Shown here piece by piece: positions 9,363 through 18,993 of a stretch of 64,000 nucleotides of DNA (positions are counted from its first letter, which is position 1; each line of letters starts with the position of its first letter). A program made the position numbers and the translations under genes. This DNA is from Candidatus Yanofskybacteria bacterium RIFCSPHIGHO2_01_FULL_43_32. Its GTDB lineage: Bacteria; Patescibacteriota; Minisyncoccia; 2-02-FULL-40-12; GWA2-44-9. The stretch lies in assembly GCA_001794125.1 (NCBI GenBank), contig MGJF01000002.1, positions 37,751-101,750 of the forward strand, given 5' to 3'. The notes below the pieces were generated by a model. The model was given only the letters and a program-made list of their open reading frames with translations. It was not told where the DNA came from and searched no databases.

Positions 9363-10325
9363 ATGCAGAAAGATTTAGAGCTTGAACTTTACCAATCGAT
9401 GTACCGAATGCGTGCCGCAGAGCGGGCCATTCAGCAAGAATATCCGAACAATCAAATGAAGACCCCGATGCATATGTCCATAGGAGAAGAAGGAATCGTT
9501 GCGGGCATTTGTACTGCCCTGAAGGAAAAGGCAAAATTCTACGGAACTTACCGTAGTCATGCACTTTACCTGGCTGTCACGGAAGAAACAGATGGTTTTT
9601 TTGCCGAGTTGTACGGTAAAGTTACAGGTCCAGCCGGTGGAAAGGCAGGCTCAATGCATTTGGCATCTCCTGATCACAATCTGATAATGACATCCGCCGT
9701 TGTCGGAACAACTATTCCGGTTGCAGTCGGCGGAGCATTCAGAGAAAAATACATGAATACGGACAAGATTGCCGTTGTGTTTTTTGGCGACGGCGCCGTA
9801 GATGAAGGCGTGTTTTGGGAAAGCTTGAATCTTGCCTGCTTGTGGAAATTACCGGTGCTGTTTGTCTGCGAAGATAACGGTCTGGCAATCCACACACCCA
9901 CATCTGTGAGGCGCGGATATGATTCGTTGGGAAAAATTGCCAGGCAATATAATTGTTTGGTCTATGATTCTTTTGAGCAAACCGATGTTTTGACTATTCA
10001 TGCTATGGCAAAAAAAGCTTATGCAGAGATTCAACGTTTCAGGATGCCTGCTTTGGCGATTATTCCTTACTATCGTTATTTGGAACATGTCGGTGTTAAT
10101 GAAGATTTTGATGTGGGATATCGTTCATGTGATGAGTTCGAACAATGGCTCGCGAAAGATCCAATAGCGCTTTTACGACGAAGGCTAATTAACCAGAACC
10201 AGGAAAATGCAGTAGTTTCAATTGAAGATGCAGTCAACAAACAGATTTTTATAAGTGTCCAAAAAGCAAAAGATGCACCATTCCCAAGACCCGAAGAACT
10301 TTACAGGGGGGTATACGGTGAGTAA
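9363..10325 (+). CDS. ThDP-dependent 2-oxoacid dehydrogenase E1 alpha-like subunit
   Basis: HMSIGEE, TYRSH, GGKAGSMH, FFGDGA...CEDN; SD GGAGGT. Confidence 0.9.
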   Translation: MQKDLELELYQSMYRMRAAERAIQQEYPNNQMKTPMHMSIGEEGIVAGICTALKEKAKFYGTYRSHALYLAVTEETDGFFAELYGKVTGPAGGKAGSMHLASPDHNLIMTSAVVGTTIPVAVGGAFREKYMNTDKIAVVFFGDGAVDEGVFWESLNLACLWKLPVLFVCEDNGLAIHTPTSVRRGYDSLGKIARQYNCLVYDSFEQTDVLTIHAMAKKAYAEIQRFRMPALAIIPYYRYLEHVGVNEDFDVGYRSCDEFEQWLAKDPIALLRRRLINQNQENAVVSIEDAVNKQIFISVQKAKDAPFPRPEELYRGVYGE

Positions 10326-11364
10326 GCGTATCATTACTTACGCTCAAGCGATTAACGAAGCTCTCCGGCAAGAAATGGAACGTGATTCAAGTGTCTTTGT
10401 TTATGGACTGGATGTCGCAGACCACAAAGGCATCAATGGAACAACGTCGGGACTAGCGGAAAAATTTCCGGGACGCTGTTTGAGTACGCCCCTATCAGAA
10501 GAAGCTTTGATGGGATTTGGTCTTGGTGCAGCTATCAATGGTCTGCGTCCGGTTAATGTTCATATTCGTGTTGAATTCTTACTTGTGGCTTTCAACCAGT
10601 TGGTAAATATGCTCGCCTCGGCCCGTTACGGTTCCAATGGTAAACTGTCCGTTCCAATTGTCATCAGAGTGTTGATTGGTCGCGGTTGGGGACAGGGATT
10701 CCAGCATTCAAAAAGCTTGCAAAGTATTTTTGCCCATATTCCCGGACTAAAAGTTATTATGCCGGCTACGCCATATGATGCTAAAGGTATGCTCATCGCC
10801 GCTATCCGCGACGATAATCCTGTTATTTGCATGGAACATCGGTTCCTGTTTTGGCAGGAAGGCGAAGTGCCTTTTGAGCCATACACCGTTCCTTTGGGCA
10901 AGTGCTCAATTCTTCGTTCCGGGTCGGACGTTACGATAGTGGCCAGCTCCTGGTCATGCGTTGACGCACTTGACGCGGCTAAAGTATTGGAGCGGAAACA
11001 CAATATTTTGGCCGAACTGATAAATGTGCGAACTATTGCACCCTTTGATGATGCAACAGTGAATCAATCTGTACGGAAAACCGGCCACTGTATTGTCGTG
11101 GATAGTGACTGGACTCATTGTGGGTTTTCCGCCGAAGTGGCAGCTCGTGTGCAGGAAGATTGTTTCGGCTCGTTGAGATCGCCTGTTACCCGAATCGGTT
11201 TTGCGCCGACTCATTGTCCGACAACCAGGCCTATGGAAGACCTGTATTATCCGAATGCGGAAACAATTATTCGGGTTACCGAAAAGAAGCTTGGCCTGAA
11301 GCCGGCCGATTTATCCGATGAAAAGTTCCACAATTACGAGAATAAGTTTAAGGGACCGTTCTAA
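10318..11364 (+). CDS. ThDP-dependent 2-oxoacid dehydrogenase E1 beta-like subunit
   Basis: TYAQAINEAL, TPLSE, QHSKS, PATPYDAKG; GTG start overlaps the alpha stop. Confidence 0.9.
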   Translation: MSKRIITYAQAINEALRQEMERDSSVFVYGLDVADHKGINGTTSGLAEKFPGRCLSTPLSEEALMGFGLGAAINGLRPVNVHIRVEFLLVAFNQLVNMLASARYGSNGKLSVPIVIRVLIGRGWGQGFQHSKSLQSIFAHIPGLKVIMPATPYDAKGMLIAAIRDDNPVICMEHRFLFWQEGEVPFEPYTVPLGKCSILRSGSDVTIVASSWSCVDALDAAKVLERKHNILAELINVRTIAPFDDATVNQSVRKTGHCIVVDSDWTHCGFSAEVAARVQEDCFGSLRSPVTRIGFAPTHCPTTRPMEDLYYPNAETIIRVTEKKLGLKPADLSDEKFHNYENKFKGPF

Positions 11365-11390
11365 AACCACCATTTGACAGGTGGTTTTTT
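11363..11390 (+). terminator. Intrinsic terminator
   Basis: aaaaccacc-N8-ggtggtttttt. Confidence 0.75.
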
Positions 11391-11462
11391 AATGTTGCTT
11401 TCTTTCAATTATTTGTGTATACATTTAGATAAGCTTTTTAACAATTTCCATAAGGAGAGTGC

Positions 11463-12659
11463 TTGGCTGACTATCCCGGCTATCATATAAAATATTATCT
11501 GGCTGAAGATACAATTGATGCTAATGATTTAAGCGCTCTGGCCGATTGGTTGAAAACCAATCCGAGAATAACTATGGGGCCTTTAACCAAGGAGTTTGAG
11601 GCAAAATGGAGCAGTTGGCTGGGACAAAAGTATTCAATTTACTGTAATTCGGGTTCTTCTGCCAATCTGCTTATGTATGCGGCTCTGGCTGCTTTGGGGC
11701 GACTATCCAATAGGATGATTATTGTGCCAAGTGTCGGCTGGGTAACTACTATAGCTCCGGCTATTCAGTTTGGTTGGGAACCAATTATGTGTGAAGCTGA
11801 TCCGGATACTTTTGGACTGGATCTCAATCATCTTGAAGTACTCTTGCGGAGACACAATCCCAGTACGGTAATTATGGTTCAGGTCTTGGGTGTGCCTCAT
11901 AAAATGAACGAATTACTGGAACTGAAAAAACGATACGGATTTTTCTTATTGGAAGATACTTGCGCTGCTATGGGTTCAAGTTATCACGGTCAACATGTTG
12001 GCACCTTCGGCGATATGAGCAGTTTTTCACTTTTCTTCGGCCATCAAATATCAACCATTGAAGGCGGATTGGTCTCAACCAACAATGAAGAGCTTTATAA
12101 TCTAATGCTTATGATTAGAAGCCATGGCTGGACTAAAGACTTAGACACTGAAAAGAAAGAGGCTCTGTTGGCAAAACATAAGGTTGACAGCTTTCATCAC
12201 CCATTCCTATTTGTGCTGGACGGTTTTAATTTAAGACCGACTGATGACCACGCCTTTCTCGGAATTAAACAAATAGACAAAATGGAATGGCTTATCAAGC
12301 GCCGGATGGAAAATCATCTGCTTTATAAAGCAATTCTTGGCAAGTATTTCTGTGTTCAGAAATACGAACCGGATTCGGTCGTGTGCAGTATTTCCTTTGG
12401 CATGTTGGCAAGCAGTGTTGCTGAAAGAAAAAAGATAATTGAAGCTTGCCGTCGAGAAGGTATCGAAACTAGAATGTTTTCGGCAGGTAACCTGGGTCTG
12501 CATCCTTTCTGGTATGAAAGATACGGTAAATTTTCCGCTCCTATGGCCGACAGAATTCATCATTGCGGTTTGTTTCTGCCCAATAATCCGTCACTTAAAA
12601 CAAAGGATATAGAATTTATATCCAGTGTAGTATTAAACGCTACCAAGGAGGCTCAATGA
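11463..12659 (+). CDS. DegT/DnrJ-fold PLP/PMP enzyme, ColD-like NDP-4-keto-6-deoxyhexose 3-dehydratase
   Basis: NSGSSANL, EDTC; SFSLFFGHQISTIEGG has His where aminotransferases have the Schiff-base Lys. Confidence 0.75.
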   Translation: MADYPGYHIKYYLAEDTIDANDLSALADWLKTNPRITMGPLTKEFEAKWSSWLGQKYSIYCNSGSSANLLMYAALAALGRLSNRMIIVPSVGWVTTIAPAIQFGWEPIMCEADPDTFGLDLNHLEVLLRRHNPSTVIMVQVLGVPHKMNELLELKKRYGFFLLEDTCAAMGSSYHGQHVGTFGDMSSFSLFFGHQISTIEGGLVSTNNEELYNLMLMIRSHGWTKDLDTEKKEALLAKHKVDSFHHPFLFVLDGFNLRPTDDHAFLGIKQIDKMEWLIKRRMENHLLYKAILGKYFCVQKYEPDSVVCSISFGMLASSVAERKKIIEACRREGIETRMFSAGNLGLHPFWYERYGKFSAPMADRIHHCGLFLPNNPSLKTKDIEFISSVVLNATKEAQ

Positions 12660-13591
12660 GCAGAATTCTTGTAACCGGCGGAGCGGGATATATCGGTTCC
12701 GTTTTGGTGCCGATGCTTTTGAGCGCCGGCCACGAAGTTATCGTTTTAGATAATTTTATGTACAGACAGGGTTCTCTGCTTGATTGTTGCAATAACAAAA
12801 GACTGGCCATCATTCGAGGTGATACAAGAGATGAGAAATTAATAGACCGGATCTTTAAAAACCATCCAATTGAATATGTTCTCCCCCTTGCGGCCATAGT
12901 AGGAGCCCCGGCCTGTGACCAAGATCCCACGACATCCATTACAACCAATGTGGGTGGAGTGGTGGAAGTATCTCGAAGATGGACCACGAAAATAATTTTT
13001 CCGAATACCAACAGTGGTTACGGCATTGGCCAAGAGAGCATGTACTGCACAGAAGAGAGTCCCCTCAATCCGATTTCTCTTTATGGCCGCCAGAAGGTTG
13101 AAGCAGAAAGGTCGGTATTAGAAGGCGGTAACGCAATCGTATTGCGCTTAGCCACCGTATTTGGAGTAAGTCCCAGAATGCGTTTGGACCTTTTGGTTAA
13201 CGACTTTGTATATCGGGCCGTAACCGACAGATGTGTTACCTTATTTGAAGCGCACTTTAAGAGAAATTATATTCATGTCAGGGATGTGTCCAGAGCTTTT
13301 ATCCATTGTATGAATAATTTTGAGTCAATGAAAAACCAGACCTACAATGTCGGCTTAAGCGATGCCAACTTGTCTAAAAAAGAGTTGTGCCAAGAGATAC
13401 AGAAACAAATACCTGAATTTTATTTTCATGAAGCAGAAATAGGCGAAGATCCTGACAAGAGAAACTACATCGTTAGCAATGCCAAGATCGAAGCTACCGG
13501 CTTCAAACCACGGATCTCATTGCAAGAAGGGATAGCCGAATTAATTAAGGGTTTTCAAATCATAAGACGAGACCAGTTTACAAATTTGTAA
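12656..13591 (+). CDS. NAD-dependent epimerase/dehydratase (extended SDR)
   Basis: TGGAGYIG, YGRQK, RLATVFG. Confidence 0.85.
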   Translation: MSRILVTGGAGYIGSVLVPMLLSAGHEVIVLDNFMYRQGSLLDCCNNKRLAIIRGDTRDEKLIDRIFKNHPIEYVLPLAAIVGAPACDQDPTTSITTNVGGVVEVSRRWTTKIIFPNTNSGYGIGQESMYCTEESPLNPISLYGRQKVEAERSVLEGGNAIVLRLATVFGVSPRMRLDLLVNDFVYRAVTDRCVTLFEAHFKRNYIHVRDVSRAFIHCMNNFESMKNQTYNVGLSDANLSKKELCQEIQKQIPEFYFHEAEIGEDPDKRNYIVSNAKIEATGFKPRISLQEGIAELIKGFQIIRRDQFTNL

Positions 13592-13615
13592 AAGAGCCGA
13601 ATGGCTCTTTTTTTT
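13590..13615 (+). terminator. Intrinsic terminator
   Basis: aaaagagcc-gaat-ggctctttttttt. Confidence 0.8.
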
Positions 13616-13706
13616 GTTTCCAATATCGACGCAATCAGCTGATGGACAAATCTAAACTTTTATGTTATCAAATTGAGAACACCGCACCTTGTCAATAAGG
13701 AACAAA

Positions 13707-14696
13707 ATGAAAGCCATAAAAGTTTTGATTACAGGAATTTCTGGTTCCGGAGCAAGTTATTTAGCTGAATATATTGTTAATAACCATCCAGAAGTAGAAC
13801 TTCACGGCACTTTTCGCTCAAATAGCTCTCGCTCTCAAAAAAATATTCAAGAAATTGCAAACAAACTGTTTCTTCACGACTGCGACTTAGATGATTATAC
13901 CGTCACGCACCAATTGATTGCCGGACTTAAACCGGACATTGTTTTCCACATCGCTTCTTATGCCAACGTAAGAGAGTCCTGGGACAAGCCGGTCTTTACT
14001 CTGCAGAACAATATAATCAGCACAGCCAATCTGTTGGAAGCAATCCGATCGGCCGCCGGTATACACCCCCGGATCCAAATGTGCAGCACACCGGAAGTAT
14101 ACGGCCAAGTAGATCCCAAGAACATTCCAATCGATGAAAGCTGTCCCATTAACCCAAACAATCCCTATGCCGTATCCAAATTTGCACAGGAATCGTTGGG
14201 GTACTCTTATTTCAAGGGTTTTGGCTTGCCCGTGATTATTACTCGCATGTCTACCTATCTCAATCCGAGGCGGGCGGATCTTTTTGCCACAGCATTCGCA
14301 ATGCAAGTGGCGCGGATTGAAGCTGGTTTACAGAAAGAATTACGGCACGGCAACCTTGATTCTACCAGAACGATTCTTGATCCCAGGGACTGCGCCAGTG
14401 CTTATTGGGCCGCCATAGAAAAAGGCGAGTCCGGAGAGGTCTATAATATCGGCGGAAATACAGTGGTAACGGTTGGGGAATTTTTGGAAGTACTTAAAAT
14501 AAAAGCCCGACGAACGATTCCCTCTATAGCCGACAAGAGTTTATTTAGACCCGCAGACATCACTCTACAAATCATAAATTCCGGAAAATTTTCCAAGCAA
14601 ACCGGCTGGCAGCCAAAATATAGTTTTGAGGAAAGCGTCGAATACTTACTGGGGCATTGCCGCCGAACAGTTCAAGAGGAGTTGGCAAGCCGGTGA
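13707..14696 (+). CDS. GDP-mannose 4,6-dehydratase/Rmd-like extended SDR
   Basis: TGISGSGASYL, STPEVYG, YAVSK, GNLDSTR. Confidence 0.8.
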   Translation: MKAIKVLITGISGSGASYLAEYIVNNHPEVELHGTFRSNSSRSQKNIQEIANKLFLHDCDLDDYTVTHQLIAGLKPDIVFHIASYANVRESWDKPVFTLQNNIISTANLLEAIRSAAGIHPRIQMCSTPEVYGQVDPKNIPIDESCPINPNNPYAVSKFAQESLGYSYFKGFGLPVIITRMSTYLNPRRADLFATAFAMQVARIEAGLQKELRHGNLDSTRTILDPRDCASAYWAAIEKGESGEVYNIGGNTVVTVGEFLEVLKIKARRTIPSIADKSLFRPADITLQIINSGKFSKQTGWQPKYSFEESVEYLLGHCRRTVQEELASR

Positions 14697-15652
14697 AAAA
14701 GAAAAAGGTTTTGATCTGCGGGGCAAGCGGGTTTATCGGAAGAAATATTTTTGAAGCACTAGTAAAAAATAGCGAGATAGAAGTTGTCGGCACATATAAT
14801 TCTCATCCATTTTACAGCCCCACTTCGAGTTTGAGGAAGGTTGACCTGACCAGTAAGAAAGATGTCAATAAATTGCTTGATGAAAATTTTGATGTAGTAA
14901 TCCAAGCCGCAGCGACCACATCAGGATCCAAAACGATAAAAGAGCATCCGGAAATTCACATAACCGATAATGCAATAATGAACTCTCTTGTTTTCCGCTC
15001 TGCTCATCATCATAAAATTTCTCATGTAATTTTCTTCAGCTGTTCAATTGTGTATTCCGGCGGCGACAAGCCGGCTAAAGAAACAGACGTTAATCTTAAT
15101 GACGGTATGCACTCTGCATATTTCGGAGCCGGTTGGACAAAAATCTATTTGGAAAAAATGTGCGAATTTTACTCACGTCTTGGTCGGACCAAATTTCTTG
15201 TAATACGGCACTCGAACATGTATGGTCCGTATGATAAGTATGACCCTGAGAGGTCTCACATGTTCGGCGCCAATATTACTAAGGTTATGACAGCAAAAGA
15301 TGGCGATGAAATTATGCTCTGGGGAACGGGCCAGGAAAAAAGAGATCTGCTGTGTATGTCTGATCTGGTGGATTTTATAGAGATTGTCTTGGCAAAGCCA
15401 GACAAGAAGGACTTTGATTTAGTCAATGTCGGTTGCGGTGAAGCTGTAAGTGTCAACGATATAATTTCAAAGACAATCCTTGCCTCGGGTAAGGACCTCT
15501 CTGTGGCACACAATGTAACCGGACCAACTATCCCGGTTAGCATTACACTTGATACGACAAAAGCAAAAAATGTGTATGGCTGGCAGCCACAAATTGGTTT
15601 AGACGAAGGCATTAAAAGAACAATTGAGTGGTATCGCAATAATTTTCCATAA
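14693..15652 (+). CDS. GDP-L-fucose synthase/ColC-like epimerase-reductase
   Basis: GASGFIG, FSCSIVY, SNMYGPYD, WGTGQEKRD; GTGA overlap. Confidence 0.75.
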   Translation: MKKKKVLICGASGFIGRNIFEALVKNSEIEVVGTYNSHPFYSPTSSLRKVDLTSKKDVNKLLDENFDVVIQAAATTSGSKTIKEHPEIHITDNAIMNSLVFRSAHHHKISHVIFFSCSIVYSGGDKPAKETDVNLNDGMHSAYFGAGWTKIYLEKMCEFYSRLGRTKFLVIRHSNMYGPYDKYDPERSHMFGANITKVMTAKDGDEIMLWGTGQEKRDLLCMSDLVDFIEIVLAKPDKKDFDLVNVGCGEAVSVNDIISKTILASGKDLSVAHNVTGPTIPVSITLDTTKAKNVYGWQPQIGLDEGIKRTIEWYRNNFP

Positions 15653-15706
15653 CACCTCGCATTCTGCGGGGTTTTTAATTGACAGACGCAAATAAACAGT
15701 TAGAAT
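15653..15706 (+). terminator. Intrinsic terminator abutting the next promoter
   Basis: cctcgca-ttc-tgcggggttttt, then TTGACA(15679)-N16-TAGAAT. Confidence 0.7.
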
Positions 15707-15744
15707 AAAGGCCAGTTGTTTGTCAAAATTCAGGAGAAAAACCC

Positions 15745-16695
15745 ATGAAATATAAACCGCTTGGAACAAGCGGAATTATGGTATCAGAGATTGGATTTGG
15801 CGGCTGGGGAATAGGCGGGGTAACTCCGGGGCCGACCTCTTATGGTCCGACTGACGATAACGAATCACAGAGAGCCTTGGAGTCGGCATTTGATAGAGGA
15901 ATAACTTACTACGACACCGCCGGTGTTTATGGCAAAAGTGAAGAACTAATAGGAAAGACCTTTAAACATCGCCGAGGCAAAGTGGTTATCGGAACCAAAG
16001 TGGGGTTTCTGGAGCATCATACTCCGCAAGATTTTTCGAGAAAAAATATTATTGCCACACTTCAAAAAAGCCTAAAGAACATGGAAACGGATTACATTGA
16101 TCTCTACCAGCTCCACAATCCTGATCTTAAAAACCTGCCCATGGATGAGATTGTGGGTACCTTGATAAAATTACGAACTCAAGGACTAATCAGGGCCTTA
16201 GGTGTTTCGGTTAAACATCCTGATCATGGTCTGACAGCGCTATGGTATGGAGAATTTACTTCTATACAAGTTAATCTGAATATGATTGACCAAAGAGCGG
16301 TTGATAACGGCCTCATAAAACAAGCCGGGGAACAAAGCGTGGGAATTATAGCACGCACGCCTCTAAACTTTGGCTTCCTTACTGACAACGGCAAGACAAT
16401 GAACTTAGACTTCGGTCTGCAGGATCATAGGTCGGTTTGGTCAATGGAACAAAGAGTGGCCTGGCAAAAAGCCGCTCATTTGTTATCTGAAGTTTGCCCG
16501 GAAGAATCATTAGCCACATTGGCCATGCGTTATTGTTTAAGCGTTGATGGTGTAAGTACCGTTATCCCGGGCATGCTGACCGTGGATGACGTTTTGGCTA
16601 ATTCTGTCGCAGTAGAATTACCATTGAATCAAAAAACAATGTTTGAAATAAGGCACATATATCACGAGAATGATCAGTTCTTTGTCCGACAATAA
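15745..16695 (+). CDS. Aldo/keto reductase
   Basis: SEIGFGGW, DTAGVYG, DYIDLYQLH, VIPG. Confidence 0.9.
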   Translation: MKYKPLGTSGIMVSEIGFGGWGIGGVTPGPTSYGPTDDNESQRALESAFDRGITYYDTAGVYGKSEELIGKTFKHRRGKVVIGTKVGFLEHHTPQDFSRKNIIATLQKSLKNMETDYIDLYQLHNPDLKNLPMDEIVGTLIKLRTQGLIRALGVSVKHPDHGLTALWYGEFTSIQVNLNMIDQRAVDNGLIKQAGEQSVGIIARTPLNFGFLTDNGKTMNLDFGLQDHRSVWSMEQRVAWQKAAHLLSEVCPEESLATLAMRYCLSVDGVSTVIPGMLTVDDVLANSVAVELPLNQKTMFEIRHIYHENDQFFVRQ

Positions 16696-16766
16696 AATCG
16701 CCCTAAATAGGGCGACTTTTTATTTAGTATTATTGAATTGCCAAAAGGTAAGTTTTTATGTATAAC
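16694..16766 (+). terminator. Intrinsic terminator followed by a promoter
   Basis: tcgcccta-aa-tagggcga-cttttt; TTGCCA(16738)-N17-TATAAC. Confidence 0.7.
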
Positions 16767-16800
16767 TATTGTCATGAACCTTAATAATTAGGGAGTAGCT

Positions 16801-18954
16801 ATGAGTTCAAGAGTAATTCCCCTCAAGGTTGTAACCGAGAGTCCTCCATTGGCCACAATTATTCCAAAACCGAAAAATAAGATAAAAATAGGCCCCATTC
16901 AGCTTAATAATAGCTTTTCTGGTCAGAATTATCTCCCCCAATCTATAGGAATGATTCAAGCCTATGCCAAAAAACATCTGACCCATGCCGAGGACTATAA
17001 TTTTCTTTTGCCACTTTTTACTTTTATGCCGATTAATGAGGCGGTAGAAAAATTAAGTGGTGCTGATCTTTTGGTTTTAAGCTTATATGTTTGGAATTTT
17101 GAAAATTCTATGGCTATAGCTGAAGAGTTTAAAAGACGCTACCCGGAACGATTAGTCGTTGTCGGCGGGCCTCATGTGCCTGATGGAAAAAAACAGTTTC
17201 AAAGAATTAAAAAATCTGATCCCGGATCAGATGAATTAAAGACGAAAAGAGTGGGCATAACTGAAAAATTTCATCGCGAACATCCTTGCATAGATATTGC
17301 GGTTCATGGGGAAGGCGAAAGGGTGTTTAAAATGATTCTTGAACGAATGGCCATCGATGGCCTGACCGATAAAAGCCAGATACCATCAATTAGTTATATT
17401 GATAACAAGGGATTGTTTCATCACAATTCCAAACTTGAACGGATGCGTGATTTATCTGAAGTTCCCTCACCATACCTTACGGGCGTGTTCGATCCTCTTG
17501 TGGCGGCATATCCCGATCAGAAATGGATTGCGATGTGGGAAACCGACAGAGGCTGCCCTTATCAATGTACTTATTGCGATTGGGGCGGAGCTACTGAAGA
17601 TAAGGTGAGCCCGTTCAAACTTGATTGTATCAGGCAAGAGGCTTGGTGGTTTGGAAAGCACAAGATTCCGTATATTTTTCTTGCGAATGCAAATTATGGA
17701 ATTTTAAAACAGGATGTAGAAATTGCAAAAAGCTTGGCCGAGGTTAAAAGGATAACCGGTTTTCCGGAAGGAATATCCGTTCAAAATGCCAAAAACCCGA
17801 AACCTCATACTTTGGAAGCTTTGGAAATTCTTGAACAGGCCGGTCTCAACAAAGCCACGGTAATGTCGATTCAATCTAAGAATAGGGAAACTCTTGAGGC
17901 GGTCAGGCGTGAGAATATGAAACCTGAAGAATATCAGGCAAACCAGAAACGCTTACGCGCTAAAGGTGTCTTCACGATGACTGACTATATTATTCCGATG
18001 CCGATGGAAACTTACGACAGCGTATTACAGGGAATATCCGACATTATTTCGGATGGTCAGCATGACCGGATTCAATTTAACAATCTTTCTATTTTGCCAA
18101 ATGCAGAAATGGCCGATCCGGAATATCAGGAAAAATACGGTATGGAAATGGTCAGGACGCCGATAACTAATATTCATGGTAAGAAAAGTGCATCTGTTAG
18201 CGGTGTTGAGGAATATCAAGATCTGGTGATTGCAACAAGCACAATGTCGAGAGAAGAATGGGTTAAGACACGAACATTGTGTTATGCGGTAGCTCTTGTT
18301 TATTTCAATAAACTTCTTCAGATTCCGATTATGATTTTGCACGAAATCTACGGAGTGTCTTATAAAGATATATTTGAAGCGTTTATGGAAGACCCGAAAA
18401 AATCCGTAAAATTTCCTGTTTTTGCCGAGATTCTTAATTTTTTTGAGACGTTCTCGCACGGAGTTCAAAATGGAACACAAGAAGAATTCTATCACTCTCA
18501 GGAGTGTTTAGACGTTTTGTGGCCGCCTGACGAATATGTATTTATTAAACTGTGCCGGGAAAATAAATTGGAAAGATTTTATGAAGAAGCTGAAATGATA
18601 ATGATGAATTTTGTAACCGGACCGGATATTTCGCCCGAACCTTTCAGGGAAGCAGTAGGACTCAATAGGTCACTGATAAAGTTACCGTTTCAGACAACAG
18701 ATTTGGAAATAACTTTAAATTACAATATTCTGGATATATATCAGTCCGCCCGATTGGAAGAGAAACTAGAACTTCAATCAGGAAATTACCGGCATGTTAT
18801 AGACAGAACTACTAAGTCAGATTCCGCTAATACTAATGCTAGGTGGGATTCATGGGAAGAATGGTATGAAAAAATGGTTTGGTGGTGCAACCGCCGAGGC
18901 GCATACCTCTATGGAAGCAAGAACCCGCACACAGAAATCGCCGGTCATCATTAA
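16801..18954 (+). CDS. Cobalamin-binding radical SAM protein
   Basis: B12-domain motifs SLYVWN, VGGPH, GEGE; ETDRGCPYQCTYC. Confidence 0.85.
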   Translation: MSSRVIPLKVVTESPPLATIIPKPKNKIKIGPIQLNNSFSGQNYLPQSIGMIQAYAKKHLTHAEDYNFLLPLFTFMPINEAVEKLSGADLLVLSLYVWNFENSMAIAEEFKRRYPERLVVVGGPHVPDGKKQFQRIKKSDPGSDELKTKRVGITEKFHREHPCIDIAVHGEGERVFKMILERMAIDGLTDKSQIPSISYIDNKGLFHHNSKLERMRDLSEVPSPYLTGVFDPLVAAYPDQKWIAMWETDRGCPYQCTYCDWGGATEDKVSPFKLDCIRQEAWWFGKHKIPYIFLANANYGILKQDVEIAKSLAEVKRITGFPEGISVQNAKNPKPHTLEALEILEQAGLNKATVMSIQSKNRETLEAVRRENMKPEEYQANQKRLRAKGVFTMTDYIIPMPMETYDSVLQGISDIISDGQHDRIQFNNLSILPNAEMADPEYQEKYGMEMVRTPITNIHGKKSASVSGVEEYQDLVIATSTMSREEWVKTRTLCYAVALVYFNKLLQIPIMILHEIYGVSYKDIFEAFMEDPKKSVKFPVFAEILNFFETFSHGVQNGTQEEFYHSQECLDVLWPPDEYVFIKLCRENKLERFYEEAEMIMMNFVTGPDISPEPFREAVGLNRSLIKLPFQTTDLEITLNYNILDIYQSARLEEKLELQSGNYRHVIDRTTKSDSANTNARWDSWEEWYEKMVWWCNRRGAYLYGSKNPHTEIAGHH

Positions 18955-18960
18955 AAATAT

Positions 18961-18984
18961 AAATCCCGCAATAGCGGGATTTTT
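18961..18984. terminator. Probable bidirectional terminator
   Basis: aaatcccgc-aata-gcgggatttt between convergent radical SAM genes. Confidence 0.8.
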
Positions 18985-18993
18985 GATTTGGTT

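Noticed and set aside
2267-18984. Intergenic hairpins as integron attC sites
   Set aside because: Too short, no consistent RYYYAAC/GTTRRRY ends and no integron integrase; they fit intrinsic terminators
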